Below are positions 61,971 to 64,000 of a stretch of DNA of 64,000 nucleotides, piece after piece (position 1 is the first letter of the stretch; every line of letters starts with the position of its first letter). Under the pieces are notes generated by a model that was not told the DNA's origin, made no database searches, and saw only the letters and a list, made by a program, of their open reading frames with translations. This stretch comes from Orbicella franksi (taxonomy: Eukaryota): NCBI GenBank assembly GCA_964199315.1, contig OZ116699.1, positions 22,878,001 through 22,942,000 on the forward strand. Direction: 5' to 3'. The translations under genes were made by a program, and so were the position numbers.

Positions 61971-62089
61971 CTGTGTGACAGTCAACTTTTATTATTATAA
62001 TGTAGTGTTTGTACTGGTCATAGCCATTTGCCATCAAGGTAAAAATATCTATATATGCATGGCAGAAGTGGACTAGATTTCTATTGATA

Positions 62090-62620
62090 AGCATAGTAAT
62101 ATATCAATATTCTAACATGGCTCCGAGGCTTTCAGGACAAACTTCTATATTTGGTGGTGTTTTCTCAGTATCCAGGGCTGTCAATAAGATTTGAAGTAGG
62201 CGGAGATATTTTCAAAGTAGACGGCTTTTGGGCCCGGAGACACCCCCCCCCCCCCCCCCCCACGGGCAGAGGGTTTAGGGGCCGCCAAGGCCCCCAGCAG
62301 GGTACAGGGGCAGATTCCTGTTGGGGGTCCAGGGGGCAAAGCCCCCAGAAGCAAAATGAATTTAACGTTTTGACATTGCCAAAAGTTGCCTTTTCTCAGA
62401 GGAATTCTAACAAGTCTCACTTCTTGAAAAGAACAGTATTGATCATTAGTCAGTTGTTTTATATATTTATTGTCAGTAAGTTTTGAAGTAGATGGCTGAT
62501 AAAAAAATAGTAAGCACCCCCCACACACACAACCCCGTCCCCCTGAGAAAATTTTGAAATCTAGAGTCTCGCAAATGCCATTTCCAGCATTTTCAAGAGG
62601 TATTTCCCACCAGAAAGACT
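62090..62620. repeat. Cluster of interspersed repeat fragments, including a GC-rich element, in a GRIN1 intron
   Basis: ATATATCAATATTCTAACATGGCT (~62100) recurs in the reverse orientation at ~63580-63603. A GC-rich block with C and G runs spans 62230-62350. Confidence 0.55.
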
Positions 62621-64000
62621 ATCACAATTGAGAGCAAAACTTTTATTACGTCAATATTTGCAGTAAGCTCTTCCTGCGCCTGCTAGGGTTTCAGAAGCCC
62701 ACATGCAAATACCATTTTAAGCCTTTTCCTGGAGACATTTTAAGGCAGGCCTTCTTATCCCCATAATCATATTTAGAGAAAATAAAAAATAATAGAAGTT
62801 TTTGTCTATAAATGTTACAAATAAACTCGAGTTTGTTGCCTGGTGAAACAGTTTGATCGAATTTTATCGAATTGGTGGAATGAAGTATTAAGGTGAGAGA
62901 TTTTTATTTAGTACTCTGACATTTGAGGACGAGTTACAGGGAGCTAGGGGATCTCAGTGAAAACTACCTCATAGAATTCCTGCAGTGCTATCGGAAAAAC
63001 ATTCATTCCGGTTCAATGAATCTCTTGAAATGCTAATTAATCATGTCAAGTTGTCTTGTGCCAAAAAAAACGATACTCTCAGCAAACCTTATTGTGGTTG
63101 AAGTTAAAAATGTCAAACACTCATCTTTTGGCATCTCAGAAACAATGGTCAAAAAATTATCCAGCAAACCTTGTCTTCTCTTTGCAGCCATATTACAAAT
63201 GCATGTGGCTTTTCAGTCACGTGCAATGTCACACTGTAACAGCAGAGATGAGTCTTGATAACTACTCGCTATGCAGCACGCTAGCACAGACTTTATGATA
63301 TATTGAGAAACCTACTTTGTCATTACTTTTCTTGCAAGAAAAGCCTGCAATTCGGAAATAAGGTGCTTTACTTTTCACTTTTCTACCAAGGAAATGAATA
63401 TGCTGGTCAGACTTGTTCAGTATCTAAACTTTCAGTGTCATTTTGTGAGTGAAGTAGCTGGCAATTTTTGTCAGAGTAGCCAGCTACTAATGACAGCCCT
63501 GAGTATCTAAGTTTCTTTTGGGAATTGAGAGACATAAGAAACTTGAAAAATCTACAATTTTGACCCAAAAGCCTCACAGCCATGTTAGAATATTGATATA
63601 TCGAACGTGGTCTATTCATGCATTATTGTAACAAGTACACAATCAACAAGGCATATACCCTCACCAATCTCAAGACAGTATTTCCTTCCTCTTTAAATAA
63701 AAAAAAAAACTTTTTCACCATCAGAAAGGAAAGAATAACCTTAAAGAACACATGTACTTGTCAACCAAAACAGATGACAAAGAAATTAAGTTTTACAGGT
63801 GATAAATTCAACTGACATTTAGAGGAAAAATGTACCAATAAACTTTCACATGAACCTTAAATTAACGAAGGTCATTATAATATTACAGGCCCCAGGTTAA
63901 AAATTATAACATTCTTTATATTATACAAAATGTTGCCCACTCACAAGTGGTCCAGATGACTCATGGGAGGTCTTTGATTTGACCGAGGATTGCAGCAAAC

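Noticed and set aside
63000-63200. Minus-strand MAAKRRQGLLDNFL... peptide resembling a transposase N-terminus
   Set aside because: Short and has no diagnostic motif.
63945-64000. Possible upstream GRIN1 exon (donor GTGAGT at 63944)
   Set aside because: The phase-1 frame contains a stop and the other frames do not resemble the expected GluN1 sequence; it cannot be resolved at the window edge.
1-64000. CRISPR arrays, rRNA or tRNA genes
   Set aside because: No regular repeat-spacer arrays and no cloverleaf or rRNA signatures were seen; the DNA is eukaryotic.

Overview
Eukaryotic, AT-rich, intron-containing genomic DNA, most likely a cnidarian (stony-coral-like). The taxon is inferred from gene content and repeat types, not from a search. 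There are no prokaryotic features, CRISPR arrays, rRNA or convincing tRNA genes. All gene models were built by hand, checking GT-AG boundaries and exon phase. Left to right: (1) 1-6.7 kb: a decayed LINE fragment, a degenerate minus-strand coding-like region, and a ~1.2 kb diverged tandem duplication split by an (AAT)n tail. (2) Two tail-to-tail class A neuropeptide-type GPCR genes (+ strand 6974/12631-13862; - strand 20455-21585). (3) An assembly gap (28471-28713). (4) A signal peptide + C-type lectin unit (29975-32556). (5) A 22-exon adhesion GPCR (35500-51483, 803 aa) with its own signal peptide, a PA14 domain, GAIN/GPS and 7TM. The lectin exon is in the right phase to splice onto the PA14 exon, so the locus may encode a secreted lectin, a PA14-aGPCR and a CTL-PA14-aGPCR, i.e. 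a candidate glycan-sensing receptor system. This is the most interesting signal in the window. (6) The 3' 11 coding exons of an NMDA receptor GluN1 (GRIN1) orthologue on the - strand (61970 to 54129); its 5' end lies beyond the window. Many MITE-like, foldback and simple repeats fill the introns and intergenic DNA.
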